DNA of 64,000 bases from a virus: positions 96,001 through 160,000 of the IMG/VR virus record IMGVR_UViG_3300044695_008209. One strand, given 5' to 3'. The notes under the pieces were generated by a model, which saw only the letters and a list, made by a program, of their open reading frames with translations, did not search any database and was not told the DNA's origin. Position 1 is the first letter of the stretch. Each line of letters opens with the position of its first letter. Positions 47,000-55,789 of the stretch are shown piece by piece. The position numbers were made by a program, and so were the translations under genes.

Positions 47000-48148
47000 A
47001 TGACCACCCTCGCCGACACCCTGGCCCAGCACAACATCAGCGCCGATGACCTGGAGAAGGCCGCGAGCGTGCGCATCTTCCAGAAGGTCGCGAGCGCCGA
47101 GAACATCGACCTCTCGCAGCTCGCGCCGGAGCAGCTCGAGGAGCTCTACGAGCACTTCGAGGCGAACGTCCTCCCGGCGATCGTCGGTGGTGGCGAGCCC
47201 ACCACCGAGGCCAAGATCGCCTCGCTGAGCGAGGACGACCTCATCACCCTCTTCGACAAGCAGGCCAGCGCCGAGGGCCTCGACCTCTCCGGTGCGACCG
47301 AGGAGCAGCTCTCCGACGCGTTCGGCTTCTTCCTCGAGAACATCCTCCCGGTCATGGCCGAGAACGGCTTCGAGCCCGTCACCGCGGAGAAGAGCGCGGA
47401 GGTCGAGGAGGCCCAGGCCAAGCTCGCCGAGGCCGACATCCTCGGCCGTCAGATGGCGCGCGGCTACGCCGACGAGCTGGCCAAGATCGCCGCGACGGAC
47501 GACCAGGGCAACTACTTCACGCAGGCGGCGAAGTCCAAGATCGTCGACGACGCGGGCAACGCAACGCACACTGGCCGCATGGGCAAGGTCAAGGACCTCG
47601 GGCTCTCGGCGCTGGGCAAGATGCGGCGCAACCCCAAGACCACCGCTGCTCTCGGAGTGGGAGCGCTCGCGGTAGGCGGAGGGGCGCTCGCACTCCGGAA
47701 GCACATGAAGGCCGAAAAAGAGACCACGGCCGGTGTGCAGCTCAGCGTCGAAGACGTGGAGATCCTCAGCCAGCTCGCCGACATCGGAGACGTGGCCGGG
47801 CTACAGAAGGCCGCGAGCCTCATCAAGAACGCGGCCGCGGGTGGCGAGATGGTGCACGTCCCGGGCAAGGGGTCAGCCCACACCATCAGCAACAAGCTCC
47901 GGCAGGGCGGAGAGGTCGCCCGCAAGGCGGTCACCGGCGGCTACGGACGCGGCGTGCAGGCAGCCACGATCGGCGGCGGCGCCGCTCTCGCCGCGGGCGG
48001 CGTTGGAGCCGCTCTCGCGCACCACATGAAGTCGAAGGCCTCCGAGGGGAAGGAGGCCACGGCCGACGCCGTCATCGACGTTCTCGTCGAAGAACGGGCC
48101 ACCGACCTCGCGGCTGAGTGGCTCGTGGCGAACGGCTACGGATCGTAG
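47000..48148 (+). CDS. Scaffold/core-like head protein with internal repeat
   Basis: Acidic helical repeat units, ADELAKIAA, 9 K-x-A motifs, two glycine zippers. Confidence 0.7.
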   Translation: MTTLADTLAQHNISADDLEKAASVRIFQKVASAENIDLSQLAPEQLEELYEHFEANVLPAIVGGGEPTTEAKIASLSEDDLITLFDKQASAEGLDLSGATEEQLSDAFGFFLENILPVMAENGFEPVTAEKSAEVEEAQAKLAEADILGRQMARGYADELAKIAATDDQGNYFTQAAKSKIVDDAGNATHTGRMGKVKDLGLSALGKMRRNPKTTAALGVGALAVGGGALALRKHMKAEKETTAGVQLSVEDVEILSQLADIGDVAGLQKAASLIKNAAAGGEMVHVPGKGSAHTISNKLRQGGEVARKAVTGGYGRGVQAATIGGGAALAAGGVGAALAHHMKSKASEGKEATADAVIDVLVEERATDLAAEWLVANGYGS

Positions 48149-48153
48149 TGGTG

Positions 48154-48351
48154 ATGTCGCTGCCCCAACTGACGGCATTCGTGGACGAGGTCAGCAAGCT
48201 CGCTGGCCTCGCATCCCACCCTGCCATCGCGGGGGGCGCGACGAAGAAGCTGCTCAGCGCCACCACTGCTCCGGCGGTGTCGGGGCTCAAGCAGATCTCC
48301 AAGGCCACTTCTCCGGCGGCCCTCACCCCTCCCCCCAACATCTTCGCCTGA
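48154..48351 (+). CDS. Small K-x-A protein (65 aa)
   Basis: AFVDEVSKLAG motif. Confidence 0.6.
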   Translation: MSLPQLTAFVDEVSKLAGLASHPAIAGGATKKLLSATTAPAVSGLKQISKATSPAALTPPPNIFA

Positions 48352-48358
48352 GGCATCC

Positions 48359-49702
48359 ATGTCGGTCCAATCCATCATCGAAGCGGCTCTGAAGAAGGCC
48401 CGCACCACGGCCGGGGGATCCGACAAAACGGCCTCGGCCGGCAGCCCGGACCTGATCAAGCTGGCGCACCAGCTGGCAGACGCCAACGAGTTCATCGCGC
48501 TGAGCGCCGCCGACGACGGCACTCCCGAGGGGCAGGTCCGGCGCAGCGTCGTCGAGAACTTCTTCAAGGGCGCCGGCGGCGAGAAGGTGCCGGGTCCCGC
48601 GCAGAGCGAGTCCCCCACGGGCACGCAGGCCGTGCCCCCGCAGTCCGGCGCCAAGAAGATCCTGCCGCTCGGCAAGGCCAGCGGCAACTCCCCCGCGGAG
48701 TCCGGAGCACCCACGGGCACGCAGGCCACCCTGGACCAGACCGGCACCAAGGCGGCGGGCATGACCCTCCTCGACATGCTCACCAAGAACGCGGACACGG
48801 CGTCCATTCCTGGGCCCAAGCAGAGCGTCGCCGGCGAGAACGCCGCGGCTCCGCCCGCGAAGAACGAGAACTCCAACATCGAGGCCCTCCGCTCGGCCGC
48901 CGGCATGGTCGCTCTGACCAAGCGCGAGGCCAAGCTCCCGACCCGCGAGCGTCTGAAGAAGCTCTTCGCGCACGCCGGTGACACGGGCCCCTCCAGCGCC
49001 GCAGCCCAGGCTGCGTTCCCCAACGCCTACGCCAAAGGCGGGATGAAGGTGGCGGCGATCGCCTTCACGGACGCCGGTCACGAGTACGAGCGCGCAACGG
49101 CGCGCGCGGAGTCCAATGCCCGCAGCCGCGCGATCAACGCGGACCGGGAATACTCCCGCGAGCAGCCCCTTCTCGGGCACCTCCAGGGCGTAGGGATGAG
49201 CGAGATCGGCCACCGTCTCGCGGCACGGCATGCCGAATACCGGGAGCGCAAGCACGGCGACAAGCGCCAGTCGTTGAACCCGTTCGGCGGCTTCCTCACC
49301 AAGACCAAGGCCGAACAAGCCGAGAAGAAGGAGGCGTCCATCGCCTTCACGGACGCCGGGCACAGGCGCAACGCCGAGTACGGACGTGCCATCGAGGAGG
49401 CGCACACGGGTCACCGGCACGCGGCTGACACCTACGACAAGGAAATGCCGATTCTCGCCGGCGGTACGGGAACGATCCATCGCCTCATCGCACGTCACGG
49501 CGCGTACCAGGCACGGAAGCACGACGACAAGCGTCAGGCCCTCAACCCGTTCGGCGGCTTCCTCACCAAGACCAAGGCCGAGGAGGACGAGAAGAAGGCG
49601 TCCCTCTACGACTACGCCGAGCTCGCCGAGATCGCCGAGGCCGGTGAGCTCGGTGACGAGGCCCGTGCCATCATCCTCTTCGCCGAGAGCCTCTCAGTCT
49701 GA
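48359..49702 (+). CDS. Probable internal head protein with tandem duplication
   Basis: GAGG RBS; DKTAS, MKVAA, KKEAS, EKKAS; duplicated IAFTDAGH...NPFGGFLTKTKAE unit. Confidence 0.75.
   Translation: MSVQSIIEAALKKARTTAGGSDKTASAGSPDLIKLAHQLADANEFIALSAADDGTPEGQVRRSVVENFFKGAGGEKVPGPAQSESPTGTQAVPPQSGAKKILPLGKASGNSPAESGAPTGTQATLDQTGTKAAGMTLLDMLTKNADTASIPGPKQSVAGENAAAPPAKNENSNIEALRSAAGMVALTKREAKLPTRERLKKLFAHAGDTGPSSAAAQAAFPNAYAKGGMKVAAIAFTDAGHEYERATARAESNARSRAINADREYSREQPLLGHLQGVGMSEIGHRLAARHAEYRERKHGDKRQSLNPFGGFLTKTKAEQAEKKEASIAFTDAGHRRNAEYGRAIEEAHTGHRHAADTYDKEMPILAGGTGTIHRLIARHGAYQARKHDDKRQALNPFGGFLTKTKAEEDEKKASLYDYAELAEIAEAGELGDEARAIILFAESLSV
49277..49581 (+). repeat. 38-bp exact direct repeat (49277-49314 and 49544-49581) within a roughly 270-bp coding duplication
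   Basis: aacccgttcggcggcttcctcaccaagaccaaggccga occurs twice. Confidence 0.9.
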
Positions 49703-49935
49703 TGCGCCAGATCCTCGCCAACATCGAGAAGTGTGCGGGTGCGGACGACCCTCGGGCCGCCGCGTTCCGTACACTCTCTGTGCTCCCCAAGACGGCATCG
49801 ATCGATGACCGCTCTTCGGAGACGGAAGAGGAAGCCCGAGCACGTCGCGTAGGCGAGTTCCTTCGCCGACGGGCCCCGAGCGGGCTACTGAACGGTTCAG
49901 CATCTCCCACCCCTCCGAAGGACACGACGCCATGA
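49702..49935 (+). CDS. Small K-x-A protein (77 aa)
   Basis: TGATG coupling; EKCAG, PKTAS. Confidence 0.6.
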   Translation: MRQILANIEKCAGADDPRAAAFRTLSVLPKTASIDDRSSETEEEARARRVGEFLRRRAPSGLLNGSASPTPPKDTTP

Positions 49936-50318
49936 GCTCCCACGATATCGACGGTGTTGCTGCCGTTGCGGTCCAGTCCGCCCGCGCCCTCCGTGAGTTG
50001 GCGACCAAGTGCGCCTCTCTGGAGACCGAGAACGTCTCCCTCCGCGAGAAGGTGGCCGGCTACGAGCGCGGGGAGCAGGTGCGCGTGCTCGCGAAAGAGA
50101 TGGAGGACCGGGGGCTCTCTCCCGAGCTCAGCATGGACGAGAAGATCGCGTCCATCGCGAAGTACCCGGACCTCGGCCTGGTGCGCGAATCCATCAAGCT
50201 CGCCGGCGGCGGGCGTCTGGACATGGCCCGCGTGGCCGACGAGTCCACGAGCTCCTCGCGGGATGCGGCCTCGGATTCCTTCACCCAGTTCTGCCTCACC
50301 GGGCAGCCTTCTTCCTGA
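49932..50318 (+). CDS. Coiled-coil scaffold-like protein (128 aa)
   Basis: ATGA coupling; EKVAG, EKIAS, IKLAG. Confidence 0.7.
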   Translation: MSSHDIDGVAAVAVQSARALRELATKCASLETENVSLREKVAGYERGEQVRVLAKEMEDRGLSPELSMDEKIASIAKYPDLGLVRESIKLAGGGRLDMARVADESTSSSRDAASDSFTQFCLTGQPSS

Positions 50319-50386
50319 CCCCTCCACCGCAATCCCTTGACCCTGCGTTACAGTAGGGGCAGAATCTCCCCACCGAGGAAATGAAC

Positions 50387-50923
50387 ATGGCCGGCAAGTA
50401 CGTCACCATCCTGAACCCTGGCTACTCGCAGCTCATCACGAAGGACCTGCCGTACCTGGCCGGCTCGGGGGAGAGCTCGTCCATCAATCCCTTCAACCCC
50501 TCGGACGACCGTCCGCTGGTGGAGGGTGAGTTCCTCGAGCTGGTCGCGTCCGGCACGGCGAACCGCTACACCCGCGGCGGGAACAACGTGGTCACCACGC
50601 CCGACACGCTGGACGGTGAGGGCACGGTTCCCTCGTTCCTGTACTTCCTCGAGGAAGGCCGGTACGACGCGCAGGTCGCCCAGATGTGCCACGTGATCCG
50701 CGGCCCCCTCGGCTTCGAGTTCCGCACCAAGCTGTGCCGGTCGTCCGGCCTCTCGGTCAACTCCAAGGTCTCGGTGTGGGACTGGGATGGTGGCGGCGCG
50801 AGCCCCGGCGCCTACGGCGTCGTCCGCCGCGTGCTCGGTCTCTTCTCCGCCGGCTGGTGCGTGGGCCGCGTCTCGCGGATCTACGGCACCGACGACATCT
50901 CCGTCATCTACGGGCTGCAGTAG
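50387..50923 (+). CDS. Probable capsid decoration/stabilising protein
   Basis: GAGGA RBS; small beta-rich protein immediately upstream of MCP. Confidence 0.55.
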   Translation: MAGKYVTILNPGYSQLITKDLPYLAGSGESSSINPFNPSDDRPLVEGEFLELVASGTANRYTRGGNNVVTTPDTLDGEGTVPSFLYFLEEGRYDAQVAQMCHVIRGPLGFEFRTKLCRSSGLSVNSKVSVWDWDGGGASPGAYGVVRRVLGLFSAGWCVGRVSRIYGTDDISVIYGLQ

Positions 50924-50999
50924 TCTCCTCAGCTACGCGCTGAGGGGCATGCCTCCTACTCCACCCCCCACCAGACCACTACTTCTTCTGAGGATCGCC

Positions 51000-52166
51000 A
51001 TGAACAGCAGCATCGACGGCACCAGCGCCCGCGACATGAACGCCGGGTTCGTCGAGCGGCTCGACACCGACGGCACCACCAAGACCGCGGCCGAGTCGCT
51101 CAACTTCATCCGGGACCGCATCCGCGAGGGCAGCTTCACGGACATGATCGTGGCCAACGAGCGCGTCGTGCGTGGCGATCTGCAGCGGTCCACCGAGCAC
51201 GACACCCTCGTGAAGATCGTGGACATCGAGCCCGGTTCGCGGGCGATGGCGTTCACCTTCCGCGGCCAGCCCGACGCCCAGTACGTCACCGGCAAGCGCT
51301 TCGCGATCGGCTTCTTCACCGTCTCGAGCCTCAAGTTCGAGATCGTGGAGCAGGAGCTGATGGCCTACGAGATGCCGGTCACGCGCATCATCGAGGAGAA
51401 CTCCCTCAAGGACATGGTCGAGGTCAAGGACCGCACGTTCCTCGTGCACACCGAGACCGCGGTCGAGGCCATGCAGGAGGAGGCGAACGGTTCCGTGGTC
51501 GGCTTCAACACCACCAACGTGAACTCGGGCGCCTGTCTCGAGGTCTCGAAGGTCAAGGGCAGCCTCGCGCTGCAGCAGGCCTCGGACACCTTCGTGGTCA
51601 AGGCGATCCAGCGCCCCGACATCGTCAAGATCAAGCGCCTCCTCAAGCGCGTGATCACCGACGGTTCCGGGAACGTGGTCCGCCAGGGCCGCCTGCGCCC
51701 CGAGGTCATGCTCGCCTGCGAGTCGGACATCGACGAGTTCGACAGCTGGACGCACGAGGACCTGGGCTCCAAGCTCCAGTCCGAGACCGCGGTCGACGGC
51801 TGGGCCTACAACAAGGCCGTCGGCCTTCGCATCGTGAAGACGATCAAGAACGACATCCTCCGCGAGGGGAACATCTACGTCTTCACCAGCGCCCAGTACT
51901 TCGGGCGGAACTACACGCTGAACGACGTGAAGTTCTACATCGACAAGATCGCCAACCGGATCTTCTGGCAGGCGTGGATGGACATCGGCATGGGCATCGC
52001 GAACATCGCCTCGGTGGTGAAGCTCGAGCTCTACTCCGGGTCCGTCACCAGCGGTGACACCGACAGCGGCTACGCCGCGGGCATCCCGGTCGAGATCGAG
52101 GACATGGGCGCGGTGAACAACAAGGTCGCCGAGGGCCTCACCTTCCCGCACATCAACCTCTACTGA
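51000..52166 (+). CDS. Major capsid protein (HK97 fold; start moved to ATG 51000)
   Basis: GAGG RBS; about 388 aa, strongly biased codons, follows protease/scaffold/decoration genes, followed by hairpin. Confidence 0.8.
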   Translation: MNSSIDGTSARDMNAGFVERLDTDGTTKTAAESLNFIRDRIREGSFTDMIVANERVVRGDLQRSTEHDTLVKIVDIEPGSRAMAFTFRGQPDAQYVTGKRFAIGFFTVSSLKFEIVEQELMAYEMPVTRIIEENSLKDMVEVKDRTFLVHTETAVEAMQEEANGSVVGFNTTNVNSGACLEVSKVKGSLALQQASDTFVVKAIQRPDIVKIKRLLKRVITDGSGNVVRQGRLRPEVMLACESDIDEFDSWTHEDLGSKLQSETAVDGWAYNKAVGLRIVKTIKNDILREGNIYVFTSAQYFGRNYTLNDVKFYIDKIANRIFWQAWMDIGMGIANIASVVKLELYSGSVTSGDTDSGYAAGIPVEIEDMGAVNNKVAEGLTFPHINLY

Positions 52167-52204
52167 GCCGCCAGGGCCGACAGGTCCCGGGGCTCTCCCC
52201 CTCC

Positions 52205-52244
52205 GTCGGCCCCGATCCTACCCGGTCGGGGCCGACTCGTTTCT
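52205..52244 (+). terminator. Terminator-like hairpin after MCP
   Basis: GTCGGCCCCGATC-CTACCC-GGTCGGGGCCGAC then TCGTTTCT. Confidence 0.65.
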
Positions 52245-52254
52245 GGAGCTGAGC

Positions 52255-53076
52255 ATGCGCCTTCTCGTCATCAATGCGGTCGGAGACCCCTCCACAGAGC
52301 GCACCCGTCGGCGCTTCCCGGGAAAGGTCTTCCAACGCCCCGTGATCGGCACCCTGCCCTTGGCGCCGGCGGGCCGCCGCGTGCTGCCGGTGGAGATGCT
52401 CAAGCCGGACCTCATCGACCAACTCGAGTACCTGGTGTCCATCGGGAACATCAAGGTGCTCGAGCTGGGCGCACGCTCTGCCGTCGACTTCGACGAGCTC
52501 CGCCGGCGCATGGGGTACCTCACCCGGACGGTGACCGAACCCCCGACTCCCGAGGCATCCGGTCCCTCAGTTCCGCTGGAGATCCCCGCGGAGTCGGGGG
52601 TTCCTTCCGTCGAGGTCTGCAGCTTCTGCGGTGGGTCCTTCCCGGCGCCCGTCGGGCTGCACCACACGGAGGCGGAGTGCGTGCAGGCGCAGCTGCCGCC
52701 CGCGACGACCCCAGGTGAAGTGCCGGACCCGCCCCAGGCACCGACCGAGACCCTCGACCAGGCGCTGACGCGGATCGATGATGTGCGGACTGCCGACATC
52801 GAGGAGATGCTCGCCGGCATCGAGGACGCACCGCCCGCACCTTCCCCGGAGCCCGCGCCGGGTCCTGGCGAGACCTTCACGCTCCCGGGCGACATCGACG
52901 ACCTCATCCGCAGCGCCAAGAACAAGAAGCTCGTGGCGGTCCTCGCCATCTTCGAGAAGTCGGGCGTGGGCAAGAACAAGCTCGTCCTCGTGAGCGAGGT
53001 TTCTGCCGTGCTCAGCGGGGACCCCGACCCCGTTCTCGCGAACCGTGCCATCGCGCTGCTGCGCCAGGAGGACTGA
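52255..53076 (+). CDS. Hypothetical protein with Pro-rich linker and CxxC...HH..C motif
   Basis: GGAG RBS; CSFC...HH...C. Confidence 0.7.
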   Translation: MRLLVINAVGDPSTERTRRRFPGKVFQRPVIGTLPLAPAGRRVLPVEMLKPDLIDQLEYLVSIGNIKVLELGARSAVDFDELRRRMGYLTRTVTEPPTPEASGPSVPLEIPAESGVPSVEVCSFCGGSFPAPVGLHHTEAECVQAQLPPATTPGEVPDPPQAPTETLDQALTRIDDVRTADIEEMLAGIEDAPPAPSPEPAPGPGETFTLPGDIDDLIRSAKNKKLVAVLAIFEKSGVGKNKLVLVSEVSAVLSGDPDPVLANRAIALLRQED

Positions 53077-53079
53077 CCC

Positions 53080-53568
53080 ATGGCCCAGATCACGATCCAC
53101 AACATCAGCGACCGCCCCAACACCCCCGGGGCACCGGTCTCCGTCATCCTCGGCGGCAGGAAGCTGCGCCCCGGGCAGAGCGTGTCGGTCGACGACTCCG
53201 TGTTGAACACGAAGCACCGCGCGATGCAGGGCACGCGCCTGTGGTTCGGAGAGCTCCCGAGCCGCTTCGTCCGCACGAGCCGGGCCGCGCTGAAGCTGCT
53301 CGAGGCGGCCACCGCTGCCGGGCCCACCGCCGCCCTCACCCTCGCCGAAGCGCGGGAGTACCTCTCGGAGTTCACGGTGGAGGACATGCTCGCGATGGCG
53401 CAGGCGTGCTCTCCCCCGATCGACCTCCGCCCGGGCGCGTCGAAGGAGGCCATTCTCTCTCGCCTGAGCCGTGCACTCTTCCAGGAAGGGCGTGAGCTCG
53501 ACCCGGAGACGTTCTTCTGGCTCGGACGCTGGACCGGTTCGCGCGGCGGGTTCACCCCCCTGGAGTAG
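53080..53568 (+). CDS. Hypothetical protein with C-terminal HeH/SAP-like helix pair
   Basis: GGAGG RBS; FTVEDMLAMA...GASKEAILSRL. Confidence 0.68.
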   Translation: MAQITIHNISDRPNTPGAPVSVILGGRKLRPGQSVSVDDSVLNTKHRAMQGTRLWFGELPSRFVRTSRAALKLLEAATAAGPTAALTLAEAREYLSEFTVEDMLAMAQACSPPIDLRPGASKEAILSRLSRALFQEGRELDPETFFWLGRWTGSRGGFTPLE

Positions 53569-53574
53569 CCGACC

Positions 53575-54066
53575 ATGACTACGGCTCTTCCCAACGACAC
53601 CGCGCGCATGAACGAGATGGTCGCCTATGTGCGGCTGTACATGCGCGACTTCCCAGAGCTGAACCGGCTCACGCAGGGCTACGAGAACTCCCCGCGCATG
53701 GTCGCGTGGGCGATCGTGGATGCGCTCGACGACTGGAACACGACGCCGCCCTTCTTGGGTGCGACCTCCATCGCGAACTTCCCCTCCAAGAGCCTGCTCT
53801 GTCGCGGCGCGGTCATCGCGCTGCTCGAGAGCGTGGGGCTGCTGCAGATGCGGAACCAGCTCTCGTTCAGCGACGGCGGGATCTCGGTGTCGGTGAACGA
53901 CAAGGCCCCGATGATCATGCAGTGGCTCTCGATGATGAAGGCCTCCTACGAGGACAAGAAGGTCCGCATGAAGTCCTCCATGAACGTCGAGATGGCGATG
54001 AGCGGCAGCGGACATCACTCCGAGTACTCCGCCATCAACGGCACCTACTTGCCCGGAGTGATCTGA
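53575..54066 (+). CDS. Probable head-tail adaptor (head completion) protein
   Basis: GGAG RBS; helical 163-aa protein after MCP; VRLYMRD...SFSDGGISVS pattern. Confidence 0.55.
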   Translation: MTTALPNDTARMNEMVAYVRLYMRDFPELNRLTQGYENSPRMVAWAIVDALDDWNTTPPFLGATSIANFPSKSLLCRGAVIALLESVGLLQMRNQLSFSDGGISVSVNDKAPMIMQWLSMMKASYEDKKVRMKSSMNVEMAMSGSGHHSEYSAINGTYLPGVI

Positions 54067-54905
54067 TGGAGTCGCACTGGGCCCCTCGTTCTCCCCTTGC
54101 GCGCCACGCCGCGGCCGCAGACCTGTGGATGGAGCTCACGGGCCGCAAGAGCGCCGCCGTGCTCGAAGTCGCCAAGGAGTCGATGTCGAAGCACGCCAAC
54201 GGGGACGCGGTCGCGAACCAGCCGCAGCCTGCTCCCGCCACACGTGCTCCCCTTGTCGGGGCCGTGGCCGGGGGGCTGACGGGTGCGGGCCTCATGGGCG
54301 CCGCGGCACACCACGCGAACAAGAGCCTCGCGACGGGCGCGGCACGCATCCCGCGGCACCTGGCCGCGCTCGGTGGCGGGACCGTCGGGGCCGGCGTCGG
54401 CGCGACCCTCGGGGCCGGGTACGCCATCCGCAAGATGATGAAGCAGCCGGACGAGGCCCCTGCGAAGACCGGGGCTGCGGGTCCGCTTCTTCATTTGCAT
54501 GCGCACGGTGCCGGGCCTCGCGACGTGGCCGGCAAGATGATCGAGTACCTGCGCACCCATCCGCGAGCTGCCGCAGCCGCCGGCGCTGCCCTCCTCGCAG
54601 CGCCGGCGGCGGGCGCGGGCTACCTCCACGAGAAGGCCCGCCACACCGCAGGTGGTGGCGGGAAGAGCGAGTACGAAATCGACAACGACCTGGCCCTGGC
54701 TGGGCACCAGGCGCGCGTTGAGCACAAGGGGAAGCCGCCGAGCGGCGTCGACCGTCTCGTGGAGAAGTACCTGTTGCTGAAGGCGCAGGCAGGGAAGGAA
54801 GGACGAGAGAACCCCGGGCGGGCCGCGGCCTACGGGGCGATCCCGTACGGGGCGCTCGCCGGCGTGACTGGTGCCGCGGTCGTACCTCGGCTGCTGCGGT
54901 GGTGA
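54066..54905 (+). CDS. Gly/Ala-rich glycine-zipper probable head cargo protein (start ATG 54066)
   Basis: TGATG coupling; SKHAN; four Gly/Ala hydrophobic segments. Confidence 0.68.
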   Translation: MESHWAPRSPLARHAAAADLWMELTGRKSAAVLEVAKESMSKHANGDAVANQPQPAPATRAPLVGAVAGGLTGAGLMGAAAHHANKSLATGAARIPRHLAALGGGTVGAGVGATLGAGYAIRKMMKQPDEAPAKTGAAGPLLHLHAHGAGPRDVAGKMIEYLRTHPRAAAAAGAALLAAPAAGAGYLHEKARHTAGGGGKSEYEIDNDLALAGHQARVEHKGKPPSGVDRLVEKYLLLKAQAGKEGRENPGRAAAYGAIPYGALAGVTGAAVVPRLLRW

Positions 54906-55789
54906 AGTTCACCCGCCTGCAGGTGACCGGCTTCAGTCGCCGGTACTTCGACGTGGACTGGGAGATCGCTCCTACCCACGACGACATGCAGGAGTGGGAG
55001 TTCTTCGTCGAGCGGTCGGAGTCCGAGGCGGGTCCCTGGATCGTCGTCGCCGGGCCCATCGTCGACCGCTACTACCTGCGGGACAACACGACCCCGCAGA
55101 TCTCCCTCAACCGCTCGCTCTTCTACAGGGTGCGGGCGGTGAACCCGTCTCGAGGACTCGACGTCGTCTCGATGCACGCGGATCGAGAAGGTGAGCCGGA
55201 CCTCATCGCCACTGAGATCGCGAGCCTGGAGCACCTGCTCTTCACGGAGTTCACGGGCACCCGCTCCTGGCTCTTCACCCGACGCACGTTCGGACAGCGG
55301 TGCCCGCAGTGCTGGGACGACGTCCTCTCGAAGATCATTGACGACTCCTGCCCGACGTGCTTTCGGACTGGCTTCTCCGGCGGGTACCACTACCCGATCG
55401 AGTTCTTCGCCCAGTTCGACAAGAGCCCTCAGTCGGAGAACGCGTCGACGTACGACCACCACCAGCTGAACCCGCAGACGTTTCGCTGCACGGCGTCTCC
55501 GAAGATCACGCCGATGTCTCTGGTCATCGACCACAAGAACCAGCGGTTCCGGGTCCTCACCGTCTCCCACACATCGCGGCTCGGGGTCGGAGTGCACCAG
55601 GAGGTGCAAGCGATCCAGCTCCAGCCGGGGTCCATCGAGGACGCCATCGAGCTGAAGGTCGAGCACCGGACGCTGAGTCTGGCTGCTTCTCGCAACTACA
55701 CCAACCCGCAGAACCTCGAAGCTGCGGGTGGGGCTGACCTGCCCGAACTGGATGGGCTACTGGGGCGATATGGATACCGAGATGCGTGA
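54899..55789 (+). CDS. Probable neck/head-closure protein with Zn finger
   Basis: N-terminal Ig/Fn3-like segment; RCPQCWD...CPTCFRTGFSGGY; position. Confidence 0.55.
   Translation: MVKFTRLQVTGFSRRYFDVDWEIAPTHDDMQEWEFFVERSESEAGPWIVVAGPIVDRYYLRDNTTPQISLNRSLFYRVRAVNPSRGLDVVSMHADREGEPDLIATEIASLEHLLFTEFTGTRSWLFTRRTFGQRCPQCWDDVLSKIIDDSCPTCFRTGFSGGYHYPIEFFAQFDKSPQSENASTYDHHQLNPQTFRCTASPKITPMSLVIDHKNQRFRVLTVSHTSRLGVGVHQEVQAIQLQPGSIEDAIELKVEHRTLSLAASRNYTNPQNLEAAGGADLPELDGLLGRYGYRDA

Noticed and set aside
49277-49581. 38-bp direct repeats as a CRISPR array
   Set aside because: Only two copies, 267 bp apart, in frame within a CDS
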